Virus record (IMG/VR): IMGVR_UViG_3300030339_000003
Location: 1 to 64,000 of that record
Strand: one strand, 5' to 3'
DNA length: 64,000 bases
The notes beneath the pieces were generated by a model, which searched no databases, was not told the origin of the DNA, and was given only the letters and a program-made list of their open reading frames with translations. Shown here in pieces: positions 45,501 to 55,255 of the stretch (positions are counted from its first letter, which is position 1; each line of letters opens with the position of its first letter). Both the position numbers and the translations under genes were made by a program.

Positions 45501-46065
45501 TTGTATCAACCAACGCAAAGATTTGAGTAATAGTTTGGCTTTTACTTACTTTGTTCTGATAAACACCTACCAGGTATTTAACGTACAGAACCAGTTCAGA
45601 CCAATCCATTAATTCTTCTTTTGAATGCCAGTGATAAGAAGATGGCAACGTTGGAGGAATTTGAATTACCTTAGACCATGGGATAGGTTCAGACCCATGC
45701 GAAATAGCATCGAGTTGGTCTTCCAAGCTACTACGCGGAATAAAGGAAGCGCCGACTGAATGATAGCTAATGGTCAACTCGTCGTAAGACTGTAATAAAA
45801 CGTCATCCAATTCGATAAACGTATTAATGTCCAATCCGGTCATTTCAATTAATGGCATGGGTTTAAAGACTTCTTTCCAACCCGTTTTAATTGATTGCCC
45901 ACTGGCGTCTTTGATCTTAACTGAACCTGCTTTAAAGGGCGCGCCGTTAGGAACAATCCAAGGACACTGTTTATCGCTCAGTTTTTGTACTTCGTCTTTA
46001 ATGTCGTTAACGGGGTTAGTCCCTGCCGGATCAAACTGCAAAGCCGGCCACATTTCAATTAACAT
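42586..46065 (-). CDS. Tail fibre protein (phiKZ gp145/146-like)
   Basis: NPHKVTA..L.NIDNFATA, PPVIDGSFEGLG, DLR.I..SPGNKTFYVY. Confidence 0.75.
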   Translation of the reverse strand: MLIEMWPALQFDPAGTNPVNDIKDEVQKLSDKQCPWIVPNGAPFKAGSVKIKDASGQSIKTGWKEVFKPMPLIEMTGLDINTFIELDDVLLQSYDELTISYHSVGASFIPRSSLEDQLDAISHGSEPIPWSKVIQIPPTLPSSYHWHSKEELMDWSELVLYVKYLVGVYQNKVSKSQTITQIFALVDTTLKNLIAKYNLVNTNLINHGRNSGNPHKVTAAMLLLQNIDNFATATVAQDVLGTTTNLFSTSAGALAAIKAAVPDTSGLLNNGLLPISSLTADDYLPPVIDGSFEGLGTDNNCAAMCLENNGRLVSVKRHYDGRVKGLYFSFIDDYKDATKPYYFTGFKYANAALTAQGYALDTVMLGSGPGVMVAGDSVKGKWFGALTNGTLNPDTHNYKEFDLSNIPGASLTDPTFCHCFKTKTYIYIVSQPDDLKVYFYRALVSDLTTKTVVTFTAVPVTFKDLTGNQYTNSAYWIPDATVTDAQGHITRFINTITPYATDIVRRYNAAIFFAEESPDVMLMKVVHRPLYRNADLNWFQYVSFEMTIRINCISGAITIAAQQPINALNANDGLSGSSKFVLSDFAANVAGYNWGPYGGIVTRTGDLLVLRDNGDHVYVPTGFIGLKGGNTTAADALLKSTANATLAANNWTSFNIAIKTPAPLQIGGGSNVPANDIDGEWIPGLDINAQNSIMGFRKVTGAFALRAGITNIKLSNMKARPLVNTVYRSNLHNGQLFNAYSGTAAELAAAGVEMGVTTLSGMGLLLVNGAWNNVSRQVGNMATVLDNYYVCPRSVTKTFKDDDMTLNVVANNYYGMTASVLNQIKSMVQSDGSTATVMGLRVSIPQRDISNAGLSANQPMFVNVHWYSPSSPSTIRLQVLAINFTVGAPVNGVYPITAPVFLDASTILTMGGGDTASPSFYVQVGGTTGHFQSYKNGNVITVKGSSGLLGKVSGGSTAFYPDYDYNLSTNKFTRSVVTSGSYTPSGSIAMIPKVGFAALYDQTYTGQACCIANTTDGPYLLSSCYPDSGWIIYFKAGTKLVINGTQYDAPTGTVDLRDIDPSPGNKTFYVYATCYGDKAYFIVSGKKIRHNLSLIPAAEVITNALQILLINRKSTFMIGDAILSTARIAGSVPVSIGLPMDAGVLDYIYQSDLPTGSNL

Positions 46066-46080
46066 AAAAAACTCCTAATG

Positions 46081-46100
46081 GGGGAGGTAACTACCTCCCC
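46081..46100. other. Intergenic hairpin
   Basis: GGGGAGGT-AACT-ACCTCCCC between the two long fibre genes. Confidence 0.6.
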
Positions 46101-46107
46101 ACATGGT

Positions 46108-49100
46108 TTAGCTTTGTATAATTTCAGATGGATATGCCCAATGCATTACACCGGTTTCATCAATGTTACCCGTGACCGCAGGAATAGCTCCACCACGTTT
46201 TGTTTCTGATACACGTTTGCCGTTTAACAAAAGAACATTTGAACGGGCAATGTTTAATATTTGGTTAGCATTCGTTGTCACTGTCCCAATCCAAATATTA
46301 AATGAAGTATCATAACGTTTTGATTCTGAGATTTCGTAACCCGCTATACCGTCTGTTACTGACGCGTAAATATAGAAAGTCGAATTACCCGGGTTTGCCT
46401 TAACTGTACGCAAATCAATAACACCCGCTGGAATGGTGTAAGTCTTACCATTGAACATTGGATACGTTGTTGATTGGAAGAACACAGACCAAGCCGGGTC
46501 AGGATAACAAGAGCTTAACCCAACTGCCTGAGAGCCCACTTTAACTAAGTTAGCGGCACCACCTGAATATTGCTGGTCATACTTCAACCCTTTACCCACT
46601 TTAGGTACGTACGATATATTGTTAACACCTAAAATATTTTGCATATAAACAGAAGTACGTTTAATCAGTTTATCACTAATGCCTACATCCCAATCAGAAC
46701 CACAATGAGAAGCATTGCCAGTGTATGAGGTACGTAAATAACTGTTAAACGCGATAGACATCAAAGATCCGTTAAAATAGATATTTGATACGTTTTCAAC
46801 CAAATTATTTATAGCATAAGTGAAAGGATAAGCAGTGGCAGTCAGTGCGTTTTGACGAGTCATATCGTTGATGTCACTTTTCGATATAACGGTATATCCT
46901 GTTACTGTGCGGTCATTACCACTCGTACTGTAAGTAACAGACAACACGCCCAATGCCGTACGACGTGTACGGTTTGCAACATCACCATAAGACACTTGAA
47001 CCAATACAGGTTTAGACGTGATCGCTGCATTAGGAACAAATGTTAAATCAATAATGATCGCTGCATAGTTTGGTGTATTTTGATATTGCGCTGGAATTAA
47101 TTCTGCTGCAATCGCGTCGACAATTGCTTTCGGGTAAGTAATATAACCCGACGGGGTAATGTTTAATACGTTATTTGACCCATTTGATAACGTAACACCA
47201 ATCGGCATTAAAATGGATTCATCTTTAACCGGAACACGCCATCCCGGATTACCTCCGGCATAATACTTGCCTTGTAGCCCAATAGACCACACTGTCAATC
47301 CTAAACCAGTAATCCCGAAAGCACTAATTGCCGCGGCATCGCCTGTCAAGTTAACGCGTGGAGTCAATGGAGAAATATTTGTTTTACGCACATTATTAGA
47401 CAAAGGTCGTGATAATACCGATGCAAAATTAATGTTCTTAAAACTATCCCTTACCGCATAATCACCTGTTACGTCACGATGGAATACACCTAATGCTGAA
47501 TTAGACGACTGTCCAATTGCATTATAAAACTCACCTGAAATATCGTACGATACAGATGAGCTAAAAGTTGAACTCAATATTGGTGATACAATAACTTCAA
47601 CACTTGATTTGTAATTGAAGTTAGGGTAATTCACTTTATTAAAGTTCTTAGCAATTGCATCGTAAGGTGATGTAGCGCCGGTAGTAATCAACTGAACGTA
47701 ATGTGGTGTGTTGGTATTGTTAACTGTAGCTGTTATCAGCATATTGCCGTCAGGCATTAAAGACCAACCGTTCTCATTACGTGCGCCGTTAGACCAAGGT
47801 AAGTTAGCCCCACCATTCGGACGATTATAATACGCATTTAACACTGCACCGGGATTAGCAGAACTACTAGGATCAATAGTTGGGGGTTCCAAGTAATCAA
47901 CCATAGTCATAATGCCTGTTGCAGGGTCAAACTTATAATTATTTTCAGGTGTAAATGCAAATGATGAGTTGTCAGTGTCGTTCACAATGTTGACGTTAAG
48001 AAACCCAAATATTTTAATCAACCATGTGTTTGTATCGCCTTCTGTTTTGGTACAAAAGTTAAGCATTGCACGATAAAACGTTTGCATCGTTAACGTGTTA
48101 ACGAGCGGTGGATTAAATTTAACATATGAACTTAAATAATTACCGTTTGCATCAGTTTTATTTTTAGCCCAAAGGAACGTATCACTGTTTGTAAAGGAAT
48201 CTCCGTCCGCATTGGTATAAGTCAGGTTCATTCGTGTAGGAATAACTTTCGCACCTGTTACTAATGCCGAAGTTGGCATGCGATAAAATGCACGCGCATT
48301 AACACCTGTATTATCTGCTGCAAAAGCCTGGATAATAACAACGTAAGCTCCCATTAAGTGAATGCTCATTACTTGGCCAGTTAAATTGGCTTGAATTAAT
48401 GCACTTAAATCAACTTCCACCACGGTGTGGTAGGCTGGGTTCAACGTTCCGTTAGTAAATACAACGAACCATCTGGAACCCGACCCAATGAGCATAATGT
48501 CTCGCCCTTCGGATTGAGCAATTGTATCAACCACTACACCTGCTGCGGTTAATACTGGGTGCGTGTAACGATAAGACTGATAATTAACCGTTAGTGTGTT
48601 GGGGTAACCTGTGATGATCGAGAAAAACAAACCTGATGTTTGTCCGTCAAAATGGTTACTCAACATACTGATCGTGCCGTCTGTTTCGGTACAAAAAACC
48701 GCACACTCAGATAATGAACCCAGCCCTTCAAATGAACCACCAATAGTTGGTGGAATAAATGAAGTGTTACCGTAAAAGGATATTGGCAATACGTCGGCTT
48801 TAAGATAAGCATCACCATTGAATCCGTAACGCTCAATCAGTTTGTCTAATCCGTTTGGCGTAAGGCGTTGGTTAGGAACACCCCGTAATACTTCAGCAAT
48901 GGAGGACGTTGGGATGTTATCAACTAAACCTTTACCGATTTGTGCTTTAGTTAATCCATGCGCATCAATAGCTGTTTTATGGCGCGCTAAAGCATAATCA
49001 ATGAAAGCACCATTACGTTCAAAATACTTACGGACTAATGCAGTTTGTGTTTCAACTGCTATGCGTCCATAGTTCTGTTCGGTTTGTTGCAACATGGATG

Positions 49101-49590
49101 ACCATTCATTAATCATGTCTACGACATCACCAAAAGTCGTGATTTCGTAAGTCAATGAATGTGTGTGCCAAATCGGATCAAACACAACGGGCTTGTTTTT
49201 AATATTGGACCATTTAATTAAACGCTGATCATTTGCTGCGTTATTAATCAGTTCAATAAAGGAAGCATCAAACAAAGTAGAAGAACCTGTTTGATGATAA
49301 TCCATAACGACTTGTTTAATATCAGGGTTGGTCATTTCAATTAAACAAGCGACAGGTGCAGCGCACAATGCAGATAACGACCCCATCATGCGATAAATAC
49401 GATAATCGTTTTTGGTTAACAGATTACCATCAAGATCATAGACCTTAAGAGACTCTACGAAAAAAGGCGCATAACGAGGTACGAATACGTTTTGGTTATC
49501 GTCTAATACGTATGACTCGTCATAGACTTTGTTTTCGGTAAACTCTTGATACAGATCAAGTTTAAAACCAGGAATGATGGGATAGTTCAT
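46108..49590 (-). CDS. Tail fibre protein (paralog of 42586)
   Basis: DAHGLTKAQIG..VDN, PPTIGGSFEGLG, DLR.V..NPGNSTFYIY. Confidence 0.75.
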   Translation of the reverse strand: MNYPIIPGFKLDLYQEFTENKVYDESYVLDDNQNVFVPRYAPFFVESLKVYDLDGNLLTKNDYRIYRMMGSLSALCAAPVACLIEMTNPDIKQVVMDYHQTGSSTLFDASFIELINNAANDQRLIKWSNIKNKPVVFDPIWHTHSLTYEITTFGDVVDMINEWSSMLQQTEQNYGRIAVETQTALVRKYFERNGAFIDYALARHKTAIDAHGLTKAQIGKGLVDNIPTSSIAEVLRGVPNQRLTPNGLDKLIERYGFNGDAYLKADVLPISFYGNTSFIPPTIGGSFEGLGSLSECAVFCTETDGTISMLSNHFDGQTSGLFFSIITGYPNTLTVNYQSYRYTHPVLTAAGVVVDTIAQSEGRDIMLIGSGSRWFVVFTNGTLNPAYHTVVEVDLSALIQANLTGQVMSIHLMGAYVVIIQAFAADNTGVNARAFYRMPTSALVTGAKVIPTRMNLTYTNADGDSFTNSDTFLWAKNKTDANGNYLSSYVKFNPPLVNTLTMQTFYRAMLNFCTKTEGDTNTWLIKIFGFLNVNIVNDTDNSSFAFTPENNYKFDPATGIMTMVDYLEPPTIDPSSSANPGAVLNAYYNRPNGGANLPWSNGARNENGWSLMPDGNMLITATVNNTNTPHYVQLITTGATSPYDAIAKNFNKVNYPNFNYKSSVEVIVSPILSSTFSSSVSYDISGEFYNAIGQSSNSALGVFHRDVTGDYAVRDSFKNINFASVLSRPLSNNVRKTNISPLTPRVNLTGDAAAISAFGITGLGLTVWSIGLQGKYYAGGNPGWRVPVKDESILMPIGVTLSNGSNNVLNITPSGYITYPKAIVDAIAAELIPAQYQNTPNYAAIIIDLTFVPNAAITSKPVLVQVSYGDVANRTRRTALGVLSVTYSTSGNDRTVTGYTVISKSDINDMTRQNALTATAYPFTYAINNLVENVSNIYFNGSLMSIAFNSYLRTSYTGNASHCGSDWDVGISDKLIKRTSVYMQNILGVNNISYVPKVGKGLKYDQQYSGGAANLVKVGSQAVGLSSCYPDPAWSVFFQSTTYPMFNGKTYTIPAGVIDLRTVKANPGNSTFYIYASVTDGIAGYEISESKRYDTSFNIWIGTVTTNANQILNIARSNVLLLNGKRVSETKRGGAIPAVTGNIDETGVMHWAYPSEIIQS

Positions 49591-49600
49591 GTCATGACCT

Positions 49601-50347
49601 TTATTTAAGAATTAACGTCCCGTTAACCAACTGAGTCAATATTGTTTTCAATACACCAATCGTAACAAACATGTTGGGGTTGGTACCCGTAATATCTGTA
49701 GCGGCGGCAGTTGGGAAGTTATCGACGTTGTTTAACCCAACCATGGATTTATCTGCTGAGTGTGCATGTGCCAGATCAGCCAACAAGTGAGCAGCCAACA
49801 ATGCCGATGCTTGGTTAGGGTCGGTGACTTTGGTTAACAGTAATTGACGGATTTGTACCATCAGGTCTGTAACGTTATAAACCATGTTCACAGGGTGATC
49901 ATGCGGGTCAGAAGGCCATTCTGTAGGAACATTGATAAAGTCTTCCCAGAACGCTTCACGGTCGTGATTTAAGATGTTTGCTACGAGTGTTGCATAAGCA
50001 GCGTCATCTAAAACGAACGGACCACCAACTGTGTTGTAACGTACAACGTAATTACCAGTACCAGGATCAGGAACAACAAGGCTACTGAAAATGTTTTTAT
50101 TATATTTTTGAGTAAAGACATCAAAAGTATTTGCCAACGCATATTGCTGTCCTGCGTTTATTAATGTCCCCGTAATGGTTTTATCTGCATTAATAACAGC
50201 ATTACGGTACAACTGAATTCCATCAAAAAAGAAAGGTGTAGCGCGAGGGAAATAAACGGTATTACCACCGCTGAATTTGAAAGATTCCGTAACGACACAA
50301 TTAAGATTATCGTTAAACGGGTTAAACGGATATACAGGCTGAGCCAT
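49601..50347 (-). CDS. Virion protein sharing the tail-fibre N-terminal module
   Basis: PRATPFF, WEDFINVP..PHDH, VGLNNVDNFPTA. Confidence 0.7.
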   Translation of the reverse strand: MAQPVYPFNPFNDNLNCVVTESFKFSGGNTVYFPRATPFFFDGIQLYRNAVINADKTITGTLINAGQQYALANTFDVFTQKYNKNIFSSLVVPDPGTGNYVVRYNTVGGPFVLDDAAYATLVANILNHDREAFWEDFINVPTEWPSDPHDHPVNMVYNVTDLMVQIRQLLLTKVTDPNQASALLAAHLLADLAHAHSADKSMVGLNNVDNFPTAAATDITGTNPNMFVTIGVLKTILTQLVNGTLILK

Positions 50348-50425
50348 AATTGTAGTCCTTAATAAATTCTATGTTACTATGACTAAAGGGGTGAGTTCAT
50401 AAAATCTCACTTTGGGAGCCAATAC

Positions 50426-51655
50426 ATGTACACTTATGTAAGAGGTATTGTCCGTTGGGCTACTGGTCCTACGGGTTATAAGCCTTATGATGTTTCTAAT
50501 ATTCCGCTGAATGCTTTCTATAAATATTTTAAAGAAGCACTTATTGTCATTGAAGATTCATTATATCAGACGAAAGTCGCGATTAAGTTCCAAGATTACC
50601 AAGCGGTCTTTGGTTCTTATACCGGAACAATTCAACAATGGTTAAATGACAACGCTGCCAACCCATTGATAACCTATAGCGAATACCCTTCTGATGTTTA
50701 TCGTTCTGCGACATTACACGATATCCAATATGAATGGTTTACGTTGTTACCAGGTGATCTGCGCAAGTCTTCTGCGGATCAAGATAAAATACGTGTAGGT
50801 AATGGTCCTGACATCCGTGTACATAAAACGGATAACAGTTCAGTTGACTATAACAAACTGAATGCTTGTACTTTGTGGTTAGTCAATAATCATTTTGTAC
50901 GACATATCACGGACGGGACTGACATCTACTTAATTAATGCCGGTAAGCATTATGCGGTAAATAGTCGTACTCATGCGTGTTGCATTAACTTTAACGGTAT
51001 TGGAACTATTCAAACAGCTCCTATATTAAAAGACGATATCCATTATACCATCGATGGTTCATCGCCCCACGTTAAAGTCAAGACTACCATGGATTTAAAT
51101 AACCAAACGGTATGGATGGTTATTGGTGGTCGCTTATACATGGATGATGTTGTACGTGTTACCGGGGACAATACTGTAACGTTAAATGTTACACAGGTAG
51201 ATTGGTTCGATAAGATCTTTACCAGTCGTAACTTCATTGATCTTACAAATGTTATTGGTTCGGAAGTTAAGATGGTAGCAAGTGATTTCTTCAGTAATGA
51301 AGCATTCTTTACTAACTTATTAACTGACCCTTCTTCTTTCTTTGTATTGATCGACAACACCACTTTAGTTGTTTCTTTGATACCGACAACGGAATACTTA
51401 TATCCGTTCACGTACCATACAGAACGTATCGAAAAATTACCACTGCTCTTGAACAATGGGCTTATGCCTAAGTACTTCACTCGTAAATTCAACAATCGAC
51501 GTTTATTGGACATTGATGCCGGTACGCATAAACGTTATGTCTATCCTTCTGCTGGGAGTAATAATGGTGGTGGAATTTTTCATGGGGAAATTAACCTTGG
51601 TTTTCCTGAAAGATATAATCGTGGATATCTTCTCGAAATTAAAGCCCTGGTCTAA
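50426..51655 (+). CDS. Virion structural protein (putative)
   Basis: 409 aa; location in the structural block; TATG late-type motifs upstream. Confidence 0.6.
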   Translation: MYTYVRGIVRWATGPTGYKPYDVSNIPLNAFYKYFKEALIVIEDSLYQTKVAIKFQDYQAVFGSYTGTIQQWLNDNAANPLITYSEYPSDVYRSATLHDIQYEWFTLLPGDLRKSSADQDKIRVGNGPDIRVHKTDNSSVDYNKLNACTLWLVNNHFVRHITDGTDIYLINAGKHYAVNSRTHACCINFNGIGTIQTAPILKDDIHYTIDGSSPHVKVKTTMDLNNQTVWMVIGGRLYMDDVVRVTGDNTVTLNVTQVDWFDKIFTSRNFIDLTNVIGSEVKMVASDFFSNEAFFTNLLTDPSSFFVLIDNTTLVVSLIPTTEYLYPFTYHTERIEKLPLLLNNGLMPKYFTRKFNNRRLLDIDAGTHKRYVYPSAGSNNGGGIFHGEINLGFPERYNRGYLLEIKALV

Positions 51656-51668
51656 AGGAGTACATACT

Positions 51669-52106
51669 GTGACTGATATTAAATCAACTGCTGAAGCAGC
51701 ACCCGAAGAAGTCAGAACTGTAATTGAAAGTAAACTGTCTACTTTTCATTATGTCATTTGGGCTGCTGTAATTATTTTGACTATCGCAAGTGTGTCAATC
51801 AGCTACGTTGCATTGAAACGCAGTACACTTGATAACGAGTCCATCCGATCTCTTAATGAAATATCATTAAGAATGAAAACATCGCTGGACACGCTGACCA
51901 AACTCAATAAAGACAACCTTGAGTTTAACGCCAACAAAAATGCGTATATTGCTCAGCAAAATACTCAGACGGATTTTAATTATGATGACTTGGTTAAAAA
52001 GTACGGCGCTCCTTCCACTGCTCTTAATCCTGATGACGGCAGTAATAAGTGGCTGTTCTCACAACCCGACGATCAACGAAGCAACAAACCGACTGGAGAT
52101 AAATAA
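51669..52106 (+). CDS. Inner-membrane spanin (Rz-like)
   Basis: GTG start after AAGGAG; one TM followed by a coiled coil; overlaps the lipoprotein gene. Confidence 0.7.
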   Translation: MTDIKSTAEAAPEEVRTVIESKLSTFHYVIWAAVIILTIASVSISYVALKRSTLDNESIRSLNEISLRMKTSLDTLTKLNKDNLEFNANKNAYIAQQNTQTDFNYDDLVKKYGAPSTALNPDDGSNKWLFSQPDDQRSNKPTGDK

Positions 52107-52455
52107 ACAACAAATCGTTATCGGAACATACGTGGACCAAATGACTAACCTTACCGATTCCATGTCGGCAATCCCTGTTCAATTGGATATTGACAATAAC
52201 CCACCGCCTACTCCGGTTCAAACCGATTTGGATGCCTTTCTAAAAGAGAACGATTGCACGGTAGTACCGACCGATCAAAAGGACGGGTGTTATGTGCGTA
52301 CGCGTTTAGTGTTAATTAAAATGGCGAGACGTATTGATTATTTGAGTACCAATAATTATGTCGCCAAAGATACCATTAAACATTTACAAACTAACGTTAA
52401 ATCTATCATCACAGGTTTACAAGATTTAAAGACCGGTGCAGCGTTAGCAAAATAA
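51982..52455 (+). CDS. Outer-membrane lipoprotein spanin (Rz1-like)
   Basis: MMTWLKSTALLPLLLILMTAVISG-C lipobox; Pro-rich stretch; starts in the +1 frame inside the i-spanin. Confidence 0.75.
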   Translation: MMTWLKSTALLPLLLILMTAVISGCSHNPTINEATNRLEINKQQIVIGTYVDQMTNLTDSMSAIPVQLDIDNNPPPTPVQTDLDAFLKENDCTVVPTDQKDGCYVRTRLVLIKMARRIDYLSTNNYVAKDTIKHLQTNVKSIITGLQDLKTGAALAK

Positions 52456-52472
52456 AAATAAAGCATACATAA

Positions 52473-52502
52473 CCTAATCCTACCCGAAAGGGTAGGATTA
52501 GG
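52473..52502. terminator. Bidirectional terminator
   Basis: CCTAATCCTACCC-GAAA-GGGTAGGATTAGG. Confidence 0.85.
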
Positions 52503-52563
52503 AATTATGATTTATGCTCTCTTATTTAAGAGAAATCACCCAACTTATATGACGTGGGAGGAA

Positions 52564-53106
52564 TTACTTTACTTCTGCAGTCGTTACCCACATTTGTTCC
52601 ACAGGATCCCATGTACTGGACTCAGTAGGACGTTTAGAAGGCACACGAACATAACCTGCTGCTGTAAGGTCGGTAGTATCAACAAGTGTTACAAAAGAAC
52701 CACTGGCGGAATTCCACCAAAAATAACTTGTACCGTCGGCACTCATTCCGCTACCCGAGATCTTTGATAACAACAGATCTTTAGCACGGTCTTTTAATGT
52801 AGTCGTAGAAAGAATGGTACTAATGGTTTTGTTGGCATTAGAGAAAGACATAGCGCAAATAGTAACGCCCACAGTCATAATAAAGAAATGCCACTCACTA
52901 GGCCACCCAGTTCCACGTTCAATTGAAATACGAACAGTAACCGCATCCATGTAAGCAATGTAACACATTGTAAACACCGATACGACACCGCTGATGTAAC
53001 GAATGATGTTACCCCAAATACCAAATACGCGAGCTTCAAACCCCGGCTCTCTTGAACTTAAAGGAGCCGTGGGTGAATCGTCAGGTGTGTCTTGTTCAGT
53101 TGTCAT
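52564..53106 (-). CDS. Two-TM membrane protein, putative holin
   Basis: Two TM helices; adjacent to spanins; TAATG-coupled to RuvC at 53106. Confidence 0.5.
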   Translation of the reverse strand: MTTEQDTPDDSPTAPLSSREPGFEARVFGIWGNIIRYISGVVSVFTMCYIAYMDAVTVRISIERGTGWPSEWHFFIMTVGVTICAMSFSNANKTISTILSTTTLKDRAKDLLLSKISGSGMSADGTSYFWWNSASGSFVTLVDTTDLTAAGYVRVPSKRPTESSTWDPVEQMWVTTAEVK

Positions 53107-53711
53107 TATATTCTTAGTCCGGTTTTCCAATCTATAAGGATAATTTCGGCCTGGTATAACCCAATAGCGACTGAGTCAATAGAGTGTTCATCTAACTGAG
53201 ACAAATCGATTCCATTAGCATCCAGGTTCTCATAAGCCATGACTCCTATTTTTACATCTTCTTTCTGCGTACCAGAGAAATCAGCACCAACAGTTGCTTT
53301 AGCTAACTTAGGTAATACGTAGGAAAGATGTAAAGGTCGTTCAGCTTTGTTACAAGCTTCTCTTAATAATGCAACGGCTTGTATAAGTTGCTTAAACGTA
53401 CCAGGAGATACACCCAGAAAGTTATCTTCACAAATAGCCACATCCGGCTCATAAATGTTAGCAATACTTTTTAATGCACGAGCAAGTCCATAAGTGCGCG
53501 CTAAAACTCCAGTACCATTTATAGTGTCGTCAAATTGTTCAGGAATGTCAAATTTAACTTGTTCACCAAAAATGGTATTAGAATAAATCAATTTAGGTTT
53601 AACATCTTTAATGACGTCAACATCAATGATGCTAACGCCCATATTAGTGGTAGAAGGGTCAACGCTCATGACCCTTATTTTACCGTCGTTTACTGCATAA
53701 CGAGAAAACAT
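53106..53711 (-). CDS. ruvC: Holliday junction resolvase
   Basis: SVDPS..NMG, ICE, K..V, DEHSIDSVAIG. Confidence 0.8.
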   Translation of the reverse strand: MFSRYAVNDGKIRVMSVDPSTTNMGVSIIDVDVIKDVKPKLIYSNTIFGEQVKFDIPEQFDDTINGTGVLARTYGLARALKSIANIYEPDVAICEDNFLGVSPGTFKQLIQAVALLREACNKAERPLHLSYVLPKLAKATVGADFSGTQKEDVKIGVMAYENLDANGIDLSQLDEHSIDSVAIGLYQAEIILIDWKTGLRI

Positions 53712-54307
53712 ATCAAGCCTTGATTTTTACCGGCTTGTATATCGACGACTAAACAACGTACACCTGTTTTGCCTAAGCGTAATTCAGCAGGTGCGTCATC
53801 TGTTAATCCTTGGTAAACTAACGTAAATGCCGATGTGGAATAATCAGCATAGCTGCTCATTTTCCATGAACCGGTCAACGTGTAGTCATTAAGTAATGTA
53901 GCCAGTGTATAAGCCCAATCACCCAGTGATGTCATCGCGTCGTATACAAAACCATTGGATAACACAGCAAATGGATTCAACAATACCTCGTCGGGCAATG
54001 TGACTTGTTTTGCCAACCATGTTAATTCTTTTAAAGTCAATGTTTGTAACACAGGCGAATCGGTAGCAGTAACAGTTAATGACGCACGGTTTTTAAATGA
54101 AGTCAATGCGTTACGGTTAAGATCTTGTAAGTCAAAGTAAACATATCCGTCATCACCTTTATAAGCTTGTGATTCAAAATAGTTAGCTTTGTCTAAATCA
54201 TAACCGTAAACGATTGCTACCAAACCGACAACGTCACTTAACAACATACCTTCTTTAATAGGAAGGTGTGGGCTGTTTAACAGATAGTCAGGTAAGGTAG
54301 TCATCAT
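53690..54307 (-). CDS. Hypothetical (probable virion) protein
   Basis: 205 aa in the structural operon. Confidence 0.65.
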   Translation of the reverse strand: MMTTLPDYLLNSPHLPIKEGMLLSDVVGLVAIVYGYDLDKANYFESQAYKGDDGYVYFDLQDLNRNALTSFKNRASLTVTATDSPVLQTLTLKELTWLAKQVTLPDEVLLNPFAVLSNGFVYDAMTSLGDWAYTLATLLNDYTLTGSWKMSSYADYSTSAFTLVYQGLTDDAPAELRLGKTGVRCLVVDIQAGKNQGLICFLVMQ

Positions 54308-55245
54308 TAACTCCCAGTGGTGCTAGAAGCAGGCGCGCCGGCTACCAACATAGGGTCACTGTTACCGTGGTCGAAGCGCAGAGTAACTACACTGTTAGAC
54401 TGTGCGTTACGGCCGTCACGTTCGCTTAAGAAGTGTGCAATATTCAAAGACAGCGCTTCTTTATAACTGATTGTTGCGTCACCAATACTACCGCGTTGAT
54501 CGGTGTCAATGCCCCAAAGAATGCCTACTTCATTAATAGCAGTTTTGGAAGCGTCACCTTTAACAATACGTGCAGCATTAACAATTTCAGCCAGATCGTT
54601 GGCATCTAAAGAACAGTCCAAAATAGCCGAACCGTTAACGTAAGTATTAGACGCTTGGATAGTGCCATCGGAACCATAAATGACAGGCTCTGGATTAAAG
54701 AGATCATCTTTCTGGTGGATCAATGGATCTGGAATTTCGTTGTTGGTGTTAGGATCGCGCACTACAACCAGCTCTTGTGGATTGTAGTTAGTGAAGTCGA
54801 TAAGCTTCACGTAATAAACAGCATACTGAATACCGTTATAAGTGGCAACAATACGCAGGCGATATTTGGCACGGGTTACATCGTCCAGGTCATTGCTTAA
54901 CGGACGAGCAATCAGTGGGATCATTGTAAACAGGGATTGGTCGATAGGCTGGTGCGCATTGACACGCATGTTAGAAACACCATCGCCATCAGTACCTGCG
55001 CAGTTCGAACCACGAATACCTAAACAGAAGTATTTAAGCTCAAAGTCACGGGCTGCTTTTTGACCCAAAGATTCATCACCAAACAAAGACATCAACTCAT
55101 TAAGAGTGGTGTACTTAGGAACAGTGATTGGGCGATTGGTCGCCACGCATTTATAAAGTAAACCGCCAAACGAAGTATTCGCGTACACTTGTGCGGGATT
55201 ATCAGACCTGGCTTGGTCTTGTAATTCCGTGTTGGATAAAGCCAT
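54307..55245 (-). CDS. Virion structural (baseplate-region) protein
   Basis: TTLNE, YFCLG, H.P.D..LF..IP, KYRLR..Y..YY.K; typical of phiKZ-like structural genes. Confidence 0.7.
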   Translation of the reverse strand: MALSNTELQDQARSDNPAQVYANTSFGGLLYKCVATNRPITVPKYTTLNELMSLFGDESLGQKAARDFELKYFCLGIRGSNCAGTDGDGVSNMRVNAHQPIDQSLFTMIPLIARPLSNDLDDVTRAKYRLRIVATYNGIQYAVYYVKLIDFTNYNPQELVVVRDPNTNNEIPDPLIHQKDDLFNPEPVIYGSDGTIQASNTYVNGSAILDCSLDANDLAEIVNAARIVKGDASKTAINEVGILWGIDTDQRGSIGDATISYKEALSLNIAHFLSERDGRNAQSNSVVTLRFDHGNSDPMLVAGAPASSTTGS

Positions 55246-55255
55246 TTAAAACTCC

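Noticed and set aside
38111-50347. Diversity-generating retroelement or invertible shufflon acting on tail fibres
   Set aside because: No reverse transcriptase, recombinase, adenine-specific TR/VR pair or inverted crossover sites were seen in this window.
51456-51668. 216-aa version of the i-spanin, and the TTG 51919 start of the o-spanin
   Set aside because: The extensions overlap upstream genes; the SD and signal-peptide positions support 51669 and 51982/51985.
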